Notes: generated by a model from the sequence alone, not told the origin. Shown: positions 36,204 through 49,088, counted from the stretch's first letter. The stretch is DNA of 64,000 nt from Candidatus Aenigmatarchaeota archaeon (GCA_038998585.1 JAVZGQ010000004.1:260-64259); one strand, 5' to 3'. Translations and numbers: made by a program.

Positions 36204-36287
36204 AAAGCATCATTTAAATTTGATTATTCTTAAATAATTTGAAAAATTTTTTAATAATATTTTAAAAATACTTTAAGCTAGAAAAAA

Positions 36288-36608
36288 TTAATCTTGTAAT
36301 TTTATTTCTATATGAACACCTTGAGGAACATTAATCCTCATTATTTGTCTTAAGGCTCTTTCATCAGCCTGTACATCTACTACACGTTTATGAACCCTAA
36401 GCTCCCACTTATCATAGGTAGCATTGCCATGGCCAGTACCATCCCCACATGGAGTTTTGAGCGTAATAACTCTCATTATTTTTGTTGGAAGTGGAACTGG
36501 ACCTTTAGTCAAAACCCCAAATTTTTTTGCTATTTCCTTTATTTCAGAGCAAATACTATCCAGTTCTTTAGGATCTTTTCCTGAGAGTTTTATCCTGGCC
36601 ACTTGCAT
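36288..36608 (-). CDS. rps10: 30S ribosomal protein S10
   Basis: 106 aa; [14 protein letters not shown]...HKRVVDV. Confidence 0.95.
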   Translation of the reverse strand: MQVARIKLSGKDPKELDSICSEIKEIAKKFGVLTKGPVPLPTKIMRVITLKTPCGDGTGHGNATYDKWELRVHKRVVDVQADERALRQIMRINVPQGVHIEIKLQD

Positions 36609-36925
36609 TATATCACTTTAACTTCTTTAATTTGCTTAATTTAAATTCTTTATGTTTTCTTAAAGATAGAATTAGGATTGAAATATAAAAAACTAATGTA
36701 GAACAAGTTTTTCTAAAATAAAATTATTTGTTTTCCTTTAGAACTATTTTATCCTATTAATTTTATTGACATATTCATCCTTAATATTTTTATCTAATGA
36801 AAAGAGCTACAATCGTAATTTTTCCCCTAAAGCCTTTATTCTGAATTGTATGGATTCGCTACAGAATCCAGATAATATTGCGCTCAAAATAAAAAAGAAG
36901 GAAGAAGTTGTATTCAAGGTTTACA

Positions 36926-38203
36926 CTATTTCGCTTTAACTACATCCAAGCAAATACCTGCTGCTACTGTAATACCCATATCTCTCATAGCAAATCTTGC
37001 TAGTTCGGGAAAGTCTGACTGCTTTTCTATTACAAAAGGCTTCAAGGGCTTTACTCTTATTCTAGCAGCATCACCTGTTTTGATAAAATCGGGGTGATCT
37101 TGTATTACTTGTCCTGTTCTTGGGTCAATTTTTGCGATTATTTCTTCAATCGTACAAGCAACTGTTGCTGTGTGGCAGTGAAACACAGGCGTATATCCGG
37201 CCGTAATCACAGTCGGATGCTGTAAAACAATTATCTGTGCGGTGAACTCTTTGGCAACTGTGGGTGGATTGTCAGGATGACCTGCCACATCCCCTCTTTT
37301 TATTTGTTCCTTAGATACACCACGAACGTTAAAACCAATGTTATCACCAGGCTTTGCTTCGGGTATGCTTTGATGATGTATTTCTATCGACTTAACTTCT
37401 CCAACAACGCCAGAAGGTTCAAAAATAATTTTATCATTCACTTTGAGTACACCACATTCTACCTTGCCTACAGGAACTGTACCTACACCCGTGATACTAT
37501 AAACATCTTGAATAGGCAATCTCAATGGCTTTTCTACAGGTCTAGGCGGTAACTGGAACATGTCTAGAGCCTCTATCAGCGTTGGACCAGTATACCACGG
37601 CATCTTTTCAGATCTCTTGAACAAGTTTTCACCGATCTGTGCTGATATGGGCACGAATGGTATTTTATCTACCTGAAATCCTAAAGGCTTTAGCAGCGCT
37701 ATAGTGTCATTTTTCAGTTTTTCATAAACAGCTTTGTCCCAGTTTGCCAAATCCATTTTACTTATCGCAACTATAATCTGGTTAATGCCCAAAACTTTTA
37801 TAAGGAAAACATGCTCTTTTGTCTGTTCCTGAACACCTTCACCCGGTCTTGCAGAGACCACAAGTATTGCACCATCTGCTTGCGAAGCACCTGTTATCAT
37901 ATTTTTAACGAAGTCTCTGTGTCCAGGACAGTCAATTATGGTAAAATAGTATTTATTAGTTTCGAATGGTTTATGCATTACATCGATAGTCATGCCACGA
38001 ACTCTTTCTTCTTTTTCCTTGTCGGTTATATAAGCATACTCTGCACCTTCAATCTTGTATTCTTGAGCAAGACTCTGCAACTTTCTTAACTCATCCTCTC
38101 TAACAGCTCCTGCTTCAAAAAGTAGTCGACCAACTATTGTTGACTTACCATGGTCTACATGCCCTGCTGTTATTATATTCATATGAGGTTTTGCTGGCAA
38201 CAA
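36926..38203 (-). CDS. tuf: translation elongation factor EF-1 alpha
   Basis: 425 aa; [18 protein letters not shown]-like SKMD. Confidence 0.95.
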   Translation of the reverse strand: MLPAKPHMNIITAGHVDHGKSTIVGRLLFEAGAVREDELRKLQSLAQEYKIEGAEYAYITDKEKEERVRGMTIDVMHKPFETNKYYFTIIDCPGHRDFVKNMITGASQADGAILVVSARPGEGVQEQTKEHVFLIKVLGINQIIVAISKMDLANWDKAVYEKLKNDTIALLKPLGFQVDKIPFVPISAQIGENLFKRSEKMPWYTGPTLIEALDMFQLPPRPVEKPLRLPIQDVYSITGVGTVPVGKVECGVLKVNDKIIFEPSGVVGEVKSIEIHHQSIPEAKPGDNIGFNVRGVSKEQIKRGDVAGHPDNPPTVAKEFTAQIIVLQHPTVITAGYTPVFHCHTATVACTIEEIIAKIDPRTGQVIQDHPDFIKTGDAARIRVKPLKPFVIEKQSDFPELARFAMRDMGITVAAGICLDVVKAK

Positions 38204-38247
38204 ACCACCTTTTGTATATCTTTAATTAGATTTCATATTTAAATATA

Positions 38248-40446
38248 TTACGCTTCAGCGGTGGGTATATCTTCTGGCAACCCTTTCCTTTTTCTTATAC
38301 TTTTTATTACTTCATTTCTCAATTCAGATGGCAACTTTTCAAACACTGTTTCTATTAGACTATAGAAGCCTCTACCAGATGTTGCAGATTTGAGGCTTGC
38401 GTCAAAACCAAACATATCACTTACAGGCATCTTTGCTATAACGATGCTTGCTCCCCTCTCTTCTTTCATGTCAAGTATTTGTCCTCTTCTATTTTCGACT
38501 TCTCTTATGACTTCTCCAAGTAGCTCAGAAGGGACATCTATTCTTATTATTTGTTTAGGTTCTAGTAAAGTGGGCTCTGAGCATAGAATACCATCCATTA
38601 TAGCATGTCTTACTGCTGGAATTATTTGTCCAGGACCACGATGAACAGGATCCTCATGTAGTTCTGCATCGACAAGCTTTACTTTAATTTTCGTGCAAGG
38701 TTCTTTTGCTAGAGGGCCTTCATCCATCACGTTCCTAAAAGCCTCTTTAACCATTTCTATTACTTCATTCATAAATTGAATTCCTTTTGTCATATCAATA
38801 AGAACATTTTTATTGTGAATGACAATTATGTTCTTCGCTTCGTCGTAATCCATTCCAAAGTTTGAAATCTTTTTGAACATCTCTGTATGTTTACCTCTAA
38901 ACTCTTCTTCGCTCGGAACCTCTCCCTCAAGCATAGCCTTGTAGACACCATCCTCAAGTGGCTCAACAACTATGAAAAATCGGTTGTGTTTGTTTGGAGA
39001 TTTGCCCTCAATTTCTTTAGATTTGCTAAAAACAGTTTCCCTGTAAACAACTATCGGCTTGCTCATCTCCACATCAATTCCCATTTCCTTTAGTTTGTTT
39101 TCAACTTTCGCCTCTAAATGAAGCTCTCCAAGACCAGAGACGAGATATTCACCAGTCTCTTGGTTGATTTTTACTTGAAGAACAGCATCTTCTCTTCCTA
39201 TTCTTTTCAATGCATCGACAAGCTTTGGTAGATCCATTGTATTTTTTGGTTCTATGGCTTTAGTTACAACCGGTTCAAACAAATGTTTTATTTCTTCAAA
39301 AGGTTCTATGATAACATCCGGTTCACATATGGTTTCACCAGTAAAAGCGTCCGGTATACCAACTACTGCGGCGATGTTACCTGCCGTAACTTCTTCCACA
39401 GGTATCCTTAAAATACCTTTATAAATTGCAACTTGTTGTATTTTTTCTTGTTTATGTTGACCAATCAAGTAGACATCTTTACCTTTGAAGACTTTACCAG
39501 AGAATATCCTAACAGTTGCAACAAATCCAACATGAGGATCTGGTACGACCTTTGTGACAATAGCAGCTAGTTTCCCATTTGCGTCACAGGTCAGCATCTG
39601 ATTTCCAATTTCTGAGTTTAAGTTGCCTTTCCAAATTTTAATGAGCCTGTACCTCTGAGCTTCGAGGGGGTTTGGTAGGTGTTTGATTATCATATCCAAG
39701 ACAACTTGATGTAGAGGAGCCCTTTTTGCCAGCTCATCCTCCTTACCTTGAAGAGTTAAGTCTATTATTTCTTTGAAAGTTATACCGGTTTTTTTCATAT
39801 ATGGAATAGAAATCGCCCATCTCTTATAGGCAGAGCCGAAAGCTACGCTACCATCAGCAACACTAACAAGCCATTTATCTTTGAACTCAGGTGGGGCGTA
39901 TTTTTGAATTAAAATGTTTACATCACGAATTATCTCTTCAAACTTCTTTTGCATTTCTTCGGGAGGCAATTTTAATTCTTTTATTAGACGGTCGGTTTTA
40001 TTTATGAATAAGACAGGTTTAACATATTCTTTCAAAGCTTGACGAAAAACTGTTTCTGTCTGTGGCATGATACTTTCTACCGCATCTACAAGAACTATTG
40101 TTCCGTCTACTGCTCTCATCGCTCTAGTGACATCACCGCCAAAATCAACGTGACCAGGGGTATCAACTAAATTTATTAAATAATCTTTTTCCTCATATTC
40201 ATGAACCATTGAAACATTTGCTCCATAGATTGTTAGTTGTCTTTTTCTTTCTTGTTCATCAAACCAAGTGTACATAACTTTTCCAGCCATCTCTTCTGCC
40301 AACATACCAGCACCAGCCATTAAATTGTCTGTAAGTGTTGTTTTACCATGGTGGACATGAGAAGATGTAGCAACATTTCTAATCCTTTCAGGATTTTTCA
40401 TGGTTTCCTTAATTCTTTCAATCATTTCTTTTTTAGCCAAGTTCAC
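38248..40446 (-). CDS. fusA: translation elongation factor EF-2
   Basis: 732 aa; HVHHGKTT, DTPGHVDF, diphthamide loop HEDPVHRGPGQ. Confidence 0.95.
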   Translation of the reverse strand: MNLAKKEMIERIKETMKNPERIRNVATSSHVHHGKTTLTDNLMAGAGMLAEEMAGKVMYTWFDEQERKRQLTIYGANVSMVHEYEEKDYLINLVDTPGHVDFGGDVTRAMRAVDGTIVLVDAVESIMPQTETVFRQALKEYVKPVLFINKTDRLIKELKLPPEEMQKKFEEIIRDVNILIQKYAPPEFKDKWLVSVADGSVAFGSAYKRWAISIPYMKKTGITFKEIIDLTLQGKEDELAKRAPLHQVVLDMIIKHLPNPLEAQRYRLIKIWKGNLNSEIGNQMLTCDANGKLAAIVTKVVPDPHVGFVATVRIFSGKVFKGKDVYLIGQHKQEKIQQVAIYKGILRIPVEEVTAGNIAAVVGIPDAFTGETICEPDVIIEPFEEIKHLFEPVVTKAIEPKNTMDLPKLVDALKRIGREDAVLQVKINQETGEYLVSGLGELHLEAKVENKLKEMGIDVEMSKPIVVYRETVFSKSKEIEGKSPNKHNRFFIVVEPLEDGVYKAMLEGEVPSEEEFRGKHTEMFKKISNFGMDYDEAKNIIVIHNKNVLIDMTKGIQFMNEVIEMVKEAFRNVMDEGPLAKEPCTKIKVKLVDAELHEDPVHRGPGQIIPAVRHAIMDGILCSEPTLLEPKQIIRIDVPSELLGEVIREVENRRGQILDMKEERGASIVIAKMPVSDMFGFDASLKSATSGRGFYSLIETVFEKLPSELRNEVIKSIRKRKGLPEDIPTAEA

Positions 40447-40505
40447 ACCTATTGAATTTTTATTTCTAAAATTTTTGAATTAGATGTATTTATTCTTTTT
40501 CAATT

Positions 40506-41105
40506 TTATCTCGCACCTTCAGCCTCTCTTTCAACTCTCTCCCTTTCCTTTATAGCTTCTGACTTGCTCGCATCATTGTTATAAGCGCCTACAATTTCAT
40601 CTACCAAAGCTTCTACCATAGAAATTTTTTTACCGAAACTTTTTTTATAAGCAGCTTGAACTATATTTCTCAATGCCAGGTCAACTCTTCTTTGCGGGCT
40701 TGTTATCACAGCCCTTCTAACAATAATTCCACCGAGTTGATAGGCAGTAATTTCTTCCCTCAAAGCAGCATTTTCTATTGCCCCTACCAAAATAGCTATG
40801 GGATTTTTTCCAGTTAGTTTTTCTATTTTTTCAAAAGCCTCTTTTACAATTTTATAATGGGTTAAGGTTTTGTCTACAGCCCTGTGAGAAGTTATAACAT
40901 GTTTTTTCCCTCTATGGCCGGGAACTCTCAACTTATTCATGAACCTTTCAACTATGTTCATTTTTGATTTGTGAAACTGTTGTTGTGTATATTTACCATC
41001 AGTTTTTGGGATGACAACAGGCTGAAGGTTTATATATTTTTTTAAACCAGGATCTTTAACCTCTATCCCTTCAAAAGACCATTTTCCAAATAATTTTATA
41101 CTCAT
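40506..41105 (-). CDS. rps7: 30S ribosomal protein S7
   Basis: 199 aa; conserved S7 sequence and operon position. Confidence 0.95.
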   Translation of the reverse strand: MSIKLFGKWSFEGIEVKDPGLKKYINLQPVVIPKTDGKYTQQQFHKSKMNIVERFMNKLRVPGHRGKKHVITSHRAVDKTLTHYKIVKEAFEKIEKLTGKNPIAILVGAIENAALREEITAYQLGGIIVRRAVITSPQRRVDLALRNIVQAAYKKSFGKKISMVEALVDEIVGAYNNDASKSEAIKERERVEREAEGAR

Positions 41106-41110
41106 AAAAA

Positions 41111-41533
41111 TTACCTTGTTGGTTTTTGCTTCTTTCCAGACAAAATTTCACTTAATGCCACACCGTTAACTGCAACTACTTTATATTTAATTCCCCACAT
41201 CGATCCTTTTGGACCACCTTGAGCACCACCTATACTTTCTATTAAGACTTCATCGTGCTCATTAATTATATCTATAGCACCTTCACCAGGCACATGAGCT
41301 GTAACTTGGACATTGTTTTTTATCAATTGTACTCTCACTGCTTTTATAAGACCTGAAGCTGGTTTTCTCTGCTCAACACCACGTTTTTCAATAACAATTC
41401 CTTTTGCTTGTGGGGCTCCTTCAAGTGGATCTTTTTTCCACAATTGCAGCATCCTTCTCTTATAGTGGATATCTTTCCATCTAAACTTTTTCCTTATTCT
41501 CTTAAGTCTTCTCGCTGAAAACTCACCAGGCAT
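41111..41533 (-). CDS. rps12: 30S ribosomal protein S12
   Basis: 140 aa; [27 protein letters not shown]. Confidence 0.95.
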   Translation of the reverse strand: MPGEFSARRLKRIRKKFRWKDIHYKRRMLQLWKKDPLEGAPQAKGIVIEKRGVEQRKPASGLIKAVRVQLIKNNVQVTAHVPGEGAIDIINEHDEVLIESIGGAQGGPKGSMWGIKYKVVAVNGVALSEILSGKKQKPTR

Positions 41534-41537
41534 TTTT

Positions 41538-41954
41538 TCACCTTATTATCAAATCACTCACATTATGACTTCTTCTAAGTAATTCTTTAAGTATTTTTAA
41601 ATTTTTTCCCTCTCTCCCAATTACCATTGGTCTGTCATTTTTTTCCACACCAACCTCAATAACAATTTTACCATTTTCGTTGTTTATCTTCACACTATTT
41701 GCTTTTTGTATAAGATTTTTGACAAACTTATCAAGATTATCAGAAAAGGCGAATAGTTTAATTGTTTTGTTTATAACTTTTTCAGCATTTTTCACACTAT
41801 TTCCATTTTTACCGATTGCCATACCAATTTTTTCTTCATCTACAACAAGGTAGACCATGTTTTCGTCAATTAAACAATCTCTAACTGTAACCCCAGTCAA
41901 ATTTTCAAATAGTGTCATGATCCTTATTGTTTCTGTGTCGAATTTGATTGTCAT
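41538..41954 (-). CDS. nusA: transcription termination/antitermination factor NusA (archaeal two-KH form)
   Basis: 138 aa; [16 protein letters not shown] and [10 protein letters not shown] GxxG loops. Confidence 0.9.
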   Translation of the reverse strand: MTIKFDTETIRIMTLFENLTGVTVRDCLIDENMVYLVVDEEKIGMAIGKNGNSVKNAEKVINKTIKLFAFSDNLDKFVKNLIQKANSVKINNENGKIVIEVGVEKNDRPMVIGREGKNLKILKELLRRSHNVSDLIIR

Positions 41955-41958
41955 TTAA

Positions 41959-42225
41959 TCACTTTATCACTAACACGCCCACTGGATATGGCTTGCCGCA
42001 AAGCACGCCAAGCTCTTTGCTACCCTTGCTAAATATTTCCATTTTAATACCAGCAATTTTTGTATTATATTCAATCTCTTTTTTCATTTTTTCTGGTAGG
42101 TTGTTAGCAATAACGACAAGTTTTGCTTTATTAAGTTTTATGAATTTCTTACTTTGTTTGTACCCCAAGATTACATTCCCAGCTTTATTCGCATCAAGAA
42201 TTTCTTCTTCCAAACTCATTTTCAC
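41959..42225 (-). CDS. rpl30e: 50S ribosomal protein L30e
   Basis: 88 aa; [27 protein letters not shown]. Confidence 0.9.
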   Translation of the reverse strand: MKMSLEEEILDANKAGNVILGYKQSKKFIKLNKAKLVVIANNLPEKMKKEIEYNTKIAGIKMEIFSKGSKELGVLCGKPYPVGVLVIK

Positions 42226-43349
42226 TTTTCCTCCTCAAATTTTGCAATTAGTTCAATCATTCCTGTTCCAGATGGAATTACTTGGCCTATCATTACATTC
42301 TCAAAAATTCCCTTGAATTCGTCTACTTCATTCCTTATAGATGCTCTTACCAAATGTTTGACTGTTTCTTCAAAGGCGGCTCTTGCAAGGATGGATGTTT
42401 GGGATCCAGCAACACCATATCTACCTATAGATTGAATTCTTCCTGTAGATGTCATGATATCGCCAACAAGAGTGATGTGTCTTATGTCGACATTTAGACC
42501 TTGTTCTTGTAAAGTTTTAATAGACTCCTTAATTATAACATTTCTGGCAGCTTCTATTCCCAAAACCTTGAAAGTTTCGTGAATGTCATTTGTGATGGTT
42601 CTTGTACCATCGACTTCTTCCATTTTTAAAACTTCTTCAAGATTTGAACCGAGTGTGTTTATCAACCAGTCTTCCCCCTCTCTTCTAACAATCGCATTTT
42701 TAATATCTTTTATACCCTCAAAATGAAGGTTAAGTATTTTTTCTCTCAATGCCTGAAGTTCTTTGATGTCAGATTCTTTTTTTGGAGACACAACAATAGT
42801 TTTTGTCCTTTCCTTTACTCGAACTTCTGGGAAACTTTCTTTAATCAGTTTTGCTATTTTACCCAATTTCCTCAAATCTTCCACATCTATTTCAATACTA
42901 TTTTCATTCAGGTTTATAGAAACACCCTTCACTATGTTTGAAATTCTTTTCTCAACTATACTTTCGGCTAAATCTCTTGCACTTTCCATGTTGTTGAATT
43001 CTCTTTTAAGATAAATCTCCATCACAGGAGTTTCCAATTCTTTTTTAGCATCAAAAATTTCTACAAGTCTAGGCAAACCGTAGGTGACCTTAATTCCCGC
43101 AGAACCAGCAAAGTGATAAGTACGCATTGTCATTTGAGTTGCAGGTTCTGAAATGCTTTGAGCAGCAATGATTCCAACAGCCTCTCCAGGTTCAAACATC
43201 AATTTAAGGAAATTTTTTTTAACAGTCTCCAAAAGCTTCTCTTTCTTCTCTTGACTTAATTTTAATTCTTTCGCTGTTTTTTCCACTTCATCTATTAAAA
43301 TTTTTGGAAGTTCAACTTCAGATAAATTGTTCTGCAATTTTTCTGACAT
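42222..43349 (-). CDS. rpoA2: DNA-directed RNA polymerase subunit A'' (Rpo1C)
   Basis: 375 aa; [28 protein letters not shown] trigger-loop region; overlaps the A' stop by 32 nt. Confidence 0.95.
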   Translation of the reverse strand: MSEKLQNNLSEVELPKILIDEVEKTAKELKLSQEKKEKLLETVKKNFLKLMFEPGEAVGIIAAQSISEPATQMTMRTYHFAGSAGIKVTYGLPRLVEIFDAKKELETPVMEIYLKREFNNMESARDLAESIVEKRISNIVKGVSINLNENSIEIDVEDLRKLGKIAKLIKESFPEVRVKERTKTIVVSPKKESDIKELQALREKILNLHFEGIKDIKNAIVRREGEDWLINTLGSNLEEVLKMEEVDGTRTITNDIHETFKVLGIEAARNVIIKESIKTLQEQGLNVDIRHITLVGDIMTSTGRIQSIGRYGVAGSQTSILARAAFEETVKHLVRASIRNEVDEFKGIFENVMIGQVIPSGTGMIELIAKFEEEK

Positions 43350-46300
43350 TTATCCCACCCCTTTCAATTTTAGATGGGTCCAGACCATCTTCCCCAGCTA
43401 AAAACTGTATTATTCTGTTGGAACTATCTCTTACAGTCCCATCGTACTCAACTTTAAGATCTTGAAGTGCTCCAACGAGTCTTCTTTCCATGTAACCAGA
43501 GTGTCTAGTCTTAAGAGATTTATCCATCAAAGATTCTCTACTGTTCATTGCGTCAAAGAAAAACTGGAATGGTGTGAGACCACTTTTAAACCCTCTGTCA
43601 ACAAACCCTCTTGCTTGTAAGCTCATATCTCCAATTTTGAAGTGTGGGAATGTTCTTTCATGATAGCCTTTTTCCACTCTCTCGCCCATTATAGTCTCTT
43701 GACCTATGAGAGCGGTTGTTTGGACAAAATTCACGATACTACCTCTTGCTCCACTTCTTGCCATGTTAATTATGGAAGTTTCTTTCACACATTTCATTAG
43801 TACTTCTTCCACTTCATTTAAGGCTTTACTCAACCTTTTCTTTATCAATGTTTCCAGACTTTCTTTTGGAGTCCTACCTATCAAAACTTTAAGTTCTCCT
43901 TTTTCAAAATCCTTGATCATATCATCTACATCTTTCTTAACATTTTTAAGTACAATTTCTATTTCATCCCTTGCCTCTTTTGGCAAGTCTAGCTCTGAAA
44001 TACTAACAGAAAATCCGTATCTTGTTATATATTCAAGAGAAAGTTTTATCATCTTGAACAAAAAGTTGCTAGTGAACTCTGCCCCGTATTCTCTCTCCAT
44101 CTTATCAATTATTTTTCCATCTTCGTCACCCAAGGCTGCTTTATCGATTACCCCAGAAATAAGTTTACCGTCTTTAATTATCACCATATCACCTGACTTT
44201 GCCTTATGTTGGATTGAAAAATCTTTAGGCAAGAATAAATTAAATATTTCTTTTCCTGTCATAGTTTGTTTGTCAGGTATTTCTATCTCCGGGTCAACCT
44301 TTCTTATTAGGTCTACAAAATCTCTCCTCTCAAATTTTTTATCGTCTTTAGTCAATAGATAAAGGCCGGAAATACAATCTTTTGTGGCACCAATAATAGG
44401 ACCAGAGAATCTAGGACTTCTTATATGTTTGTGAACATCCATTAAACACAAAGCTTCTACTTGGGCCTCTTCTGTTTGCGGTAAGTGTAAGTTCATTTCA
44501 TCTCCATCAAAGTCAGCATTGTATGGTGGGCAGACAGCCGTGTTAAGCCTGAATGTCTTGAATGGCATCACTTTAACCCTATGTGCCATCATACTCATCC
44601 TGTGAAGACTAGGCTGTCTGTTGAAGAGTGAAATATCACCATCTATCACATGTCTTTCAACTATGTAGCCTGGTGCAAGTTCTTTACAAATTTCCTCTTT
44701 ATTCGACTCTGTGATTTTTTTCCTTCTTCCGTCTGGTCTTATTATGTAATTTGCACCGGGCCAGACTTCACTACCATTCATAACAAGTTTTTTCATTTCT
44801 TCCAGATTCTTTTCATTCACTTTAATAGGGACTGTTAATTCTTTAGCTACGATTTCTGGCACACCAACTTCGTCCAAATCGATCAAAGGATCAGGGCTTA
44901 TAACAGTTCTAGCCGAGAAGTTCACTCTTTTTCCAGCGAGATTTCCTCTAAATCTTCCTTCTTTTGTCTTCAATCTTTGAGATAGAGTTTTCAAAATCCT
45001 ACCCGATCTATGTCTTGCTGGAGGCACGCCAGAAAGCTCATTATCAAAATAAGTGCTAATATGATATTGAAGAAGTTCCCAGAGATCTTCGATGATGAAA
45101 TCTGGTGCACCAAGATCTATGTTTTCTTTTAACCTTTCATTTATCCTCACAATATCGACAAGCTTGTGTGTTAAATCATCTTCCGACCTTTCTCCAGTTT
45201 CTAGAGTTATCGATGGTCTTACAGTTACAGGCGGTATTGGCAATACTGTAAGGACGAGCCACTCGGGTCTCGTGTTTTTAAACCCAATAATGCTCAAGTC
45301 TTCTGTTGATATTTTTTCTAATCTTTCCCTAATTTTTATTGGATTGATTATTTCATTGTCTTCAATAAAAGTATAGGGTTTAATGAGCTTAATTTTTCCT
45401 TGTGTTGAACTACAGTATGGACATTTTTTCTTTACAATCTTGGCAAGTTCCTTGAAAGGAATTTTTTCACTTTTGATTCTTTTTAAATCTTTTTCCTCAA
45501 TTAATATTCTACCACATTTTCTACAAAACATCTTCAAAAGCGTGAGTATAAACTTTACATAATGAACATGAATTATTGGTCTTGTTAATTCAAGTAAGCC
45601 AAAATGTCCCTGGCATTCTCCAACACTACCACCACAAGTCCTGCATCTTACACCAGGATCAACGACTCCTAGCCTGGGATCCATAAGTCCACATTCGATC
45701 GGATATCCTTCTTGGTCATACAGCTCTGTTTTTGTAATTTTTGCTACTGCCATTTTTTTTATCAATTCTGGATTGATTAGACTAAACTCCATTTTCTTGA
45801 CCGCCATTTCTTCACTCCCTAAAACAATTTTCGGATAAATTAACATGCTCTTTAGCTCATCTAACATTAGCTTGAAAGCATAACTCATCTCTACATCAAA
45901 GATCTTGCTTTCACCACATATAGGACAATACTTCCTGTTCTTTACCTTATCATATATAGCGACTAAACCACATTCAGAGCAGATAGGAACAACAGTTTTA
46001 TCAGAATCGAATCTCTCTTTCAAAACAAGAGCTGCGCCATGTGCTATCAAAACATCTTTTTCCATTTCACCTAATCTTAAACCACCTTCCTTACTTCTTC
46101 CCTCTGTTGGTTGCCTTGTTAACAGGGTTACAGGTCCTCTAGATCTTGCGTGGATCTTGTTCGAGACAAGGTGATCTAGCTTTTGATAGAAACACGGTCC
46201 AATAAAAATTTCGGCCTCAAACTTTTTTCCAGTTCTCCCATCAATCATAACTTCTTTACCATCGTCTCTAAAACCATAAGACTTTAACATTTTTCTTATT

Positions 46301-47604
46301 TCTTCTTCTGATGTTGGGTTAAAAATCGGGGAGTAAATAGTTTTACCAGAGATGGCTGCTACTTTTGCTGCAATTTGTTCGAGCAATTGACCAACTGTCA
46401 TTCTTGATGGAATTCCATGCGGGTTGAATATTATATCAGGGACAATCCCGCTTTCGGTGAAAGGCATATCCTCTTGCGGAAGAACAATTCCTATAACACC
46501 TTTTTGCCCATGTCTACTTGAAAACTTGTCTCCTATCTCAGGAATTTTCAAGCTCCTCATCCTAACTTTAACAAGTTTTGTTCCATCTATCGTTTCTGTT
46601 ATAAAAACTTTGTCGACAATGCCACTATCACCATGTCTTATTCTTACAGAAGTTTCCCTTATGTTTTCTATCCCTGTTATAAACTGGTCCATAGTTCCTA
46701 AGAACCTCAGAGGAGAAATCCTTCCAACCAAAATTTCATCAGACTCTATCTTAGTTTCTTGATTAACTATACCATCTTCCGGCAAATGTTTGTAAGCATC
46801 TTCACCAGCATAGCCTCTAACCCCTGGCTCAGGGATCCCTATTACATCTTCTTGCCCTCCCATGTATCTTTTCTGTTCAGCCTCATATGTTCTGAACATA
46901 TAAGACCAAAAAAGCCCCCTTTGAATTGAGCTTGAGTTGATTATTATTGCATCATCCATGTTAAAGCCCTGGAAGCATGCAATAGCGACTATTACATTTG
47001 TTCCATTTGGGTGTTTTTCATATCCTGCAATTTTGTGTGCATGGGTTTGGACAAGAGGAACTTGAGGATAAATCAATACATTGGACTTGGTGTCAACTCT
47101 GTTTAAATAGTTTGTGGCGAAAAGGCCTATTGATTGACCAACCATTTTTGCCCCATAGTTTACTCTATCTCCTCTGTTAAATTCAGCATAGGGGATGAAG
47201 GACGCCAAAAAACCAAGAATTGTGGCCGGATTAATCTCAAGGTGAGTATGCTCAGGAGTTAAATCCCCTTCCTTTAATGCAATATAACAATTTTCCTCTT
47301 CCTCAGCATCGAGATATTCAATTACACCTTCCGTTATTAAATCTTCCCATTTCATGGCACCTATTTTGAGTTTTTGTATGTGCTCTTCTGTTAGTTTAGG
47401 CTTGCCATTTTCAACAATTATAAGAGGTCTTCTCACCCTTCCACTGTCCGTCAAGATTTTGACTTCATCTAAATGTTTATGATAAGCGACATTAACCTGA
47501 TAAGGAATTAAACCCTTTCTTCTTCTATCTCTTATTTCGTTTACAAATTTTTCAGGCTCTTTTGTCGTCCCGACAAACTTACCATCAATAAATACATCAG
47601 CCAT
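43318..47604 (-). CDS. rpoB1-rpoA1: fused DNA-directed RNA polymerase subunits B' (C-terminal half of B, aa 1-599) and A' (aa 600-1428) in one frame
   Basis: B' part: [15 protein letters not shown], Zn ribbon CSECG..CPICG, ending [21 protein letters not shown]. It runs directly into [35 protein letters not shown] (A'). No stop between them. Confidence 0.85.
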   Translation of the reverse strand: MADVFIDGKFVGTTKEPEKFVNEIRDRRRKGLIPYQVNVAYHKHLDEVKILTDSGRVRRPLIIVENGKPKLTEEHIQKLKIGAMKWEDLITEGVIEYLDAEEEENCYIALKEGDLTPEHTHLEINPATILGFLASFIPYAEFNRGDRVNYGAKMVGQSIGLFATNYLNRVDTKSNVLIYPQVPLVQTHAHKIAGYEKHPNGTNVIVAIACFQGFNMDDAIIINSSSIQRGLFWSYMFRTYEAEQKRYMGGQEDVIGIPEPGVRGYAGEDAYKHLPEDGIVNQETKIESDEILVGRISPLRFLGTMDQFITGIENIRETSVRIRHGDSGIVDKVFITETIDGTKLVKVRMRSLKIPEIGDKFSSRHGQKGVIGIVLPQEDMPFTESGIVPDIIFNPHGIPSRMTVGQLLEQIAAKVAAISGKTIYSPIFNPTSEEEIRKMLKSYGFRDDGKEVMIDGRTGKKFEAEIFIGPCFYQKLDHLVSNKIHARSRGPVTLLTRQPTEGRSKEGGLRLGEMEKDVLIAHGAALVLKERFDSDKTVVPICSECGLVAIYDKVKNRKYCPICGESKIFDVEMSYAFKLMLDELKSMLIYPKIVLGSEEMAVKKMEFSLINPELIKKMAVAKITKTELYDQEGYPIECGLMDPRLGVVDPGVRCRTCGGSVGECQGHFGLLELTRPIIHVHYVKFILTLLKMFCRKCGRILIEEKDLKRIKSEKIPFKELAKIVKKKCPYCSSTQGKIKLIKPYTFIEDNEIINPIKIRERLEKISTEDLSIIGFKNTRPEWLVLTVLPIPPVTVRPSITLETGERSEDDLTHKLVDIVRINERLKENIDLGAPDFIIEDLWELLQYHISTYFDNELSGVPPARHRSGRILKTLSQRLKTKEGRFRGNLAGKRVNFSARTVISPDPLIDLDEVGVPEIVAKELTVPIKVNEKNLEEMKKLVMNGSEVWPGANYIIRPDGRRKKITESNKEEICKELAPGYIVERHVIDGDISLFNRQPSLHRMSMMAHRVKVMPFKTFRLNTAVCPPYNADFDGDEMNLHLPQTEEAQVEALCLMDVHKHIRSPRFSGPIIGATKDCISGLYLLTKDDKKFERRDFVDLIRKVDPEIEIPDKQTMTGKEIFNLFLPKDFSIQHKAKSGDMVIIKDGKLISGVIDKAALGDEDGKIIDKMEREYGAEFTSNFLFKMIKLSLEYITRYGFSVSISELDLPKEARDEIEIVLKNVKKDVDDMIKDFEKGELKVLIGRTPKESLETLIKKRLSKALNEVEEVLMKCVKETSIINMARSGARGSIVNFVQTTALIGQETIMGERVEKGYHERTFPHFKIGDMSLQARGFVDRGFKSGLTPFQFFFDAMNSRESLMDKSLKTRHSGYMERRLVGALQDLKVEYDGTVRDSSNRIIQFLAGEDGLDPSKIERGGINVRKIAEQFI

Positions 47605-49088
47605 TAAACCACCATTCTTTGAATCGAAGAGTAGAAATTCTTCTTTTCATTTTCATTTAGGCCACTTGTGATTTCTGCCATTATTGCAAGATATTTTCTT
47701 AGACCTATGGTTGCTCCTTCTGGTGTTTCGCTTGTACACAATTTACCAAAATGTGTTGGATGTAGCTCTCTTGCTCCAAAATGTTCTTGTGTTGAAGTGA
47801 GTGGGGAAAGTACATTCCTCATGTGGGAAATGGTTTTAACGAAGCTACCTCTTTCCAATCTCTGACTAACTCCCGTTCTTCCACCAATCCAAGTTCCTAT
47901 TGCAAGAGCAGAAACAATCTGGTTTGTTAACACATTTGATTCGACTATTGCTTGTAACGGTGGAATCCTGCCTCTTTTTGCAAGCTTTTGATAGTTGTAG
48001 ACTATCCTTGTTATCAATCCCCATTTTCCAAGAAGTATCGATCTTAACAAAATCTCTAAAAGATCACCCGAAAGTTTTATTCTCTTGTTTGAATAGTGAT
48101 CAAGATCGTCTTCCTCAATTTTTCCAAGATGAAGTTTTATCAGTTTTCCAATCGCCTTGCAAAGGAACAAGGCCTTGTCAATTCTTGCTTCCTGAGTTTG
48201 CCCCAGGTGTGGAAGGAAATATTTATCTATCAGTTTTGTCGCTCTCTCAACTCTACCCTCTTTTTGTGCTATTCTTATATGTTTTCCCAATTCATCTAAG
48301 GCTTCTTGTTTTGAGGTTATTTCTGTTTCGTAAAGATTTGTATAAAATTCCTTCTGAACTTCTTCGTCAGATGAAATAACATTTACAATTTCTTTGTCAG
48401 AGTCTAGCCCCAGAGCTTTTATCAGTATGACAACAGGAAGCTTTTCAACATTTGCAAAACTTATTGTGATTATACCGCTTGTTTTTCTCTCAAGCAAGTG
48501 TCTTTGTATATAACCATCTTTTTCAGAATGTATTCTTGCTATTTCAGTCACACTTCCAGAATCGATCTTTTCTACGATAATTCTATTTTGTGCTATTTCT
48601 TCAACCAAAACAAGAATTCTTTCTGTACCGTTGATAATAAAATATCCACCCGGATCGTCAGGATCTTCCCCTATTTTTATGAGCTCTTCTCTGCTCATAG
48701 TTGAAAGAGGGCATATTTTTGATTTGAGCATCACAGGCATGTCTCCAAAATTTACCACAACAGTATTGCTTTCTATATTGTTAAGAACAGGTGTCATCTC
48801 AACATACATTGGAGCAGCATAAGTTAGGTTCCTTACTCTTGCTTCTTGGGGCGTTATTGGTCTTACAGACCCATCAGCCTCTTTCACACAAGGATCACCG
48901 ATCTTGAAGCTACCGAGCTTTATTTTGAATTCACCAAGTTCAGGAACTTCTGGTTTAATGACACCAATTTCTTTCAAAACTTTTGGTATTCTTCTTGTTA
49001 TGAAGTCATTGTAAGAGTCTATCTGGAATCTGACAAGACCCCTATCTTTTACAAAGGCATCTACAAGTGTTAAGAATTTTGTGTCCAT
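47604..49088 (-). CDS. rpoB2: DNA-directed RNA polymerase subunit B'' (N-terminal half of B)
   Basis: Start set to MDTKFLTLVDAF (ATG 49088, 5 nt after the rpoH stop); TAATG overlap with the B' start at 47604. Confidence 0.9.
   Translation of the reverse strand: MDTKFLTLVDAFVKDRGLVRFQIDSYNDFITRRIPKVLKEIGVIKPEVPELGEFKIKLGSFKIGDPCVKEADGSVRPITPQEARVRNLTYAAPMYVEMTPVLNNIESNTVVVNFGDMPVMLKSKICPLSTMSREELIKIGEDPDDPGGYFIINGTERILVLVEEIAQNRIIVEKIDSGSVTEIARIHSEKDGYIQRHLLERKTSGIITISFANVEKLPVVILIKALGLDSDKEIVNVISSDEEVQKEFYTNLYETEITSKQEALDELGKHIRIAQKEGRVERATKLIDKYFLPHLGQTQEARIDKALFLCKAIGKLIKLHLGKIEEDDLDHYSNKRIKLSGDLLEILLRSILLGKWGLITRIVYNYQKLAKRGRIPPLQAIVESNVLTNQIVSALAIGTWIGGRTGVSQRLERGSFVKTISHMRNVLSPLTSTQEHFGARELHPTHFGKLCTSETPEGATIGLRKYLAIMAEITSGLNENEKKNFYSSIQRMVV

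Noticed and set aside
36797-36846. C/D box sRNA in the 316-bp tuf-rps10 spacer (ATGAAAA ... CTGA), plus hairpin TGGATTC-GCTACA-GAATCCA at 36851..36870
   Set aside because: The C box has two mismatches to RUGAUGA. There are no C'/D' boxes and no terminal stem. The hairpin is not followed by a T run on the gene strand. Kept only as an unexplained long spacer.
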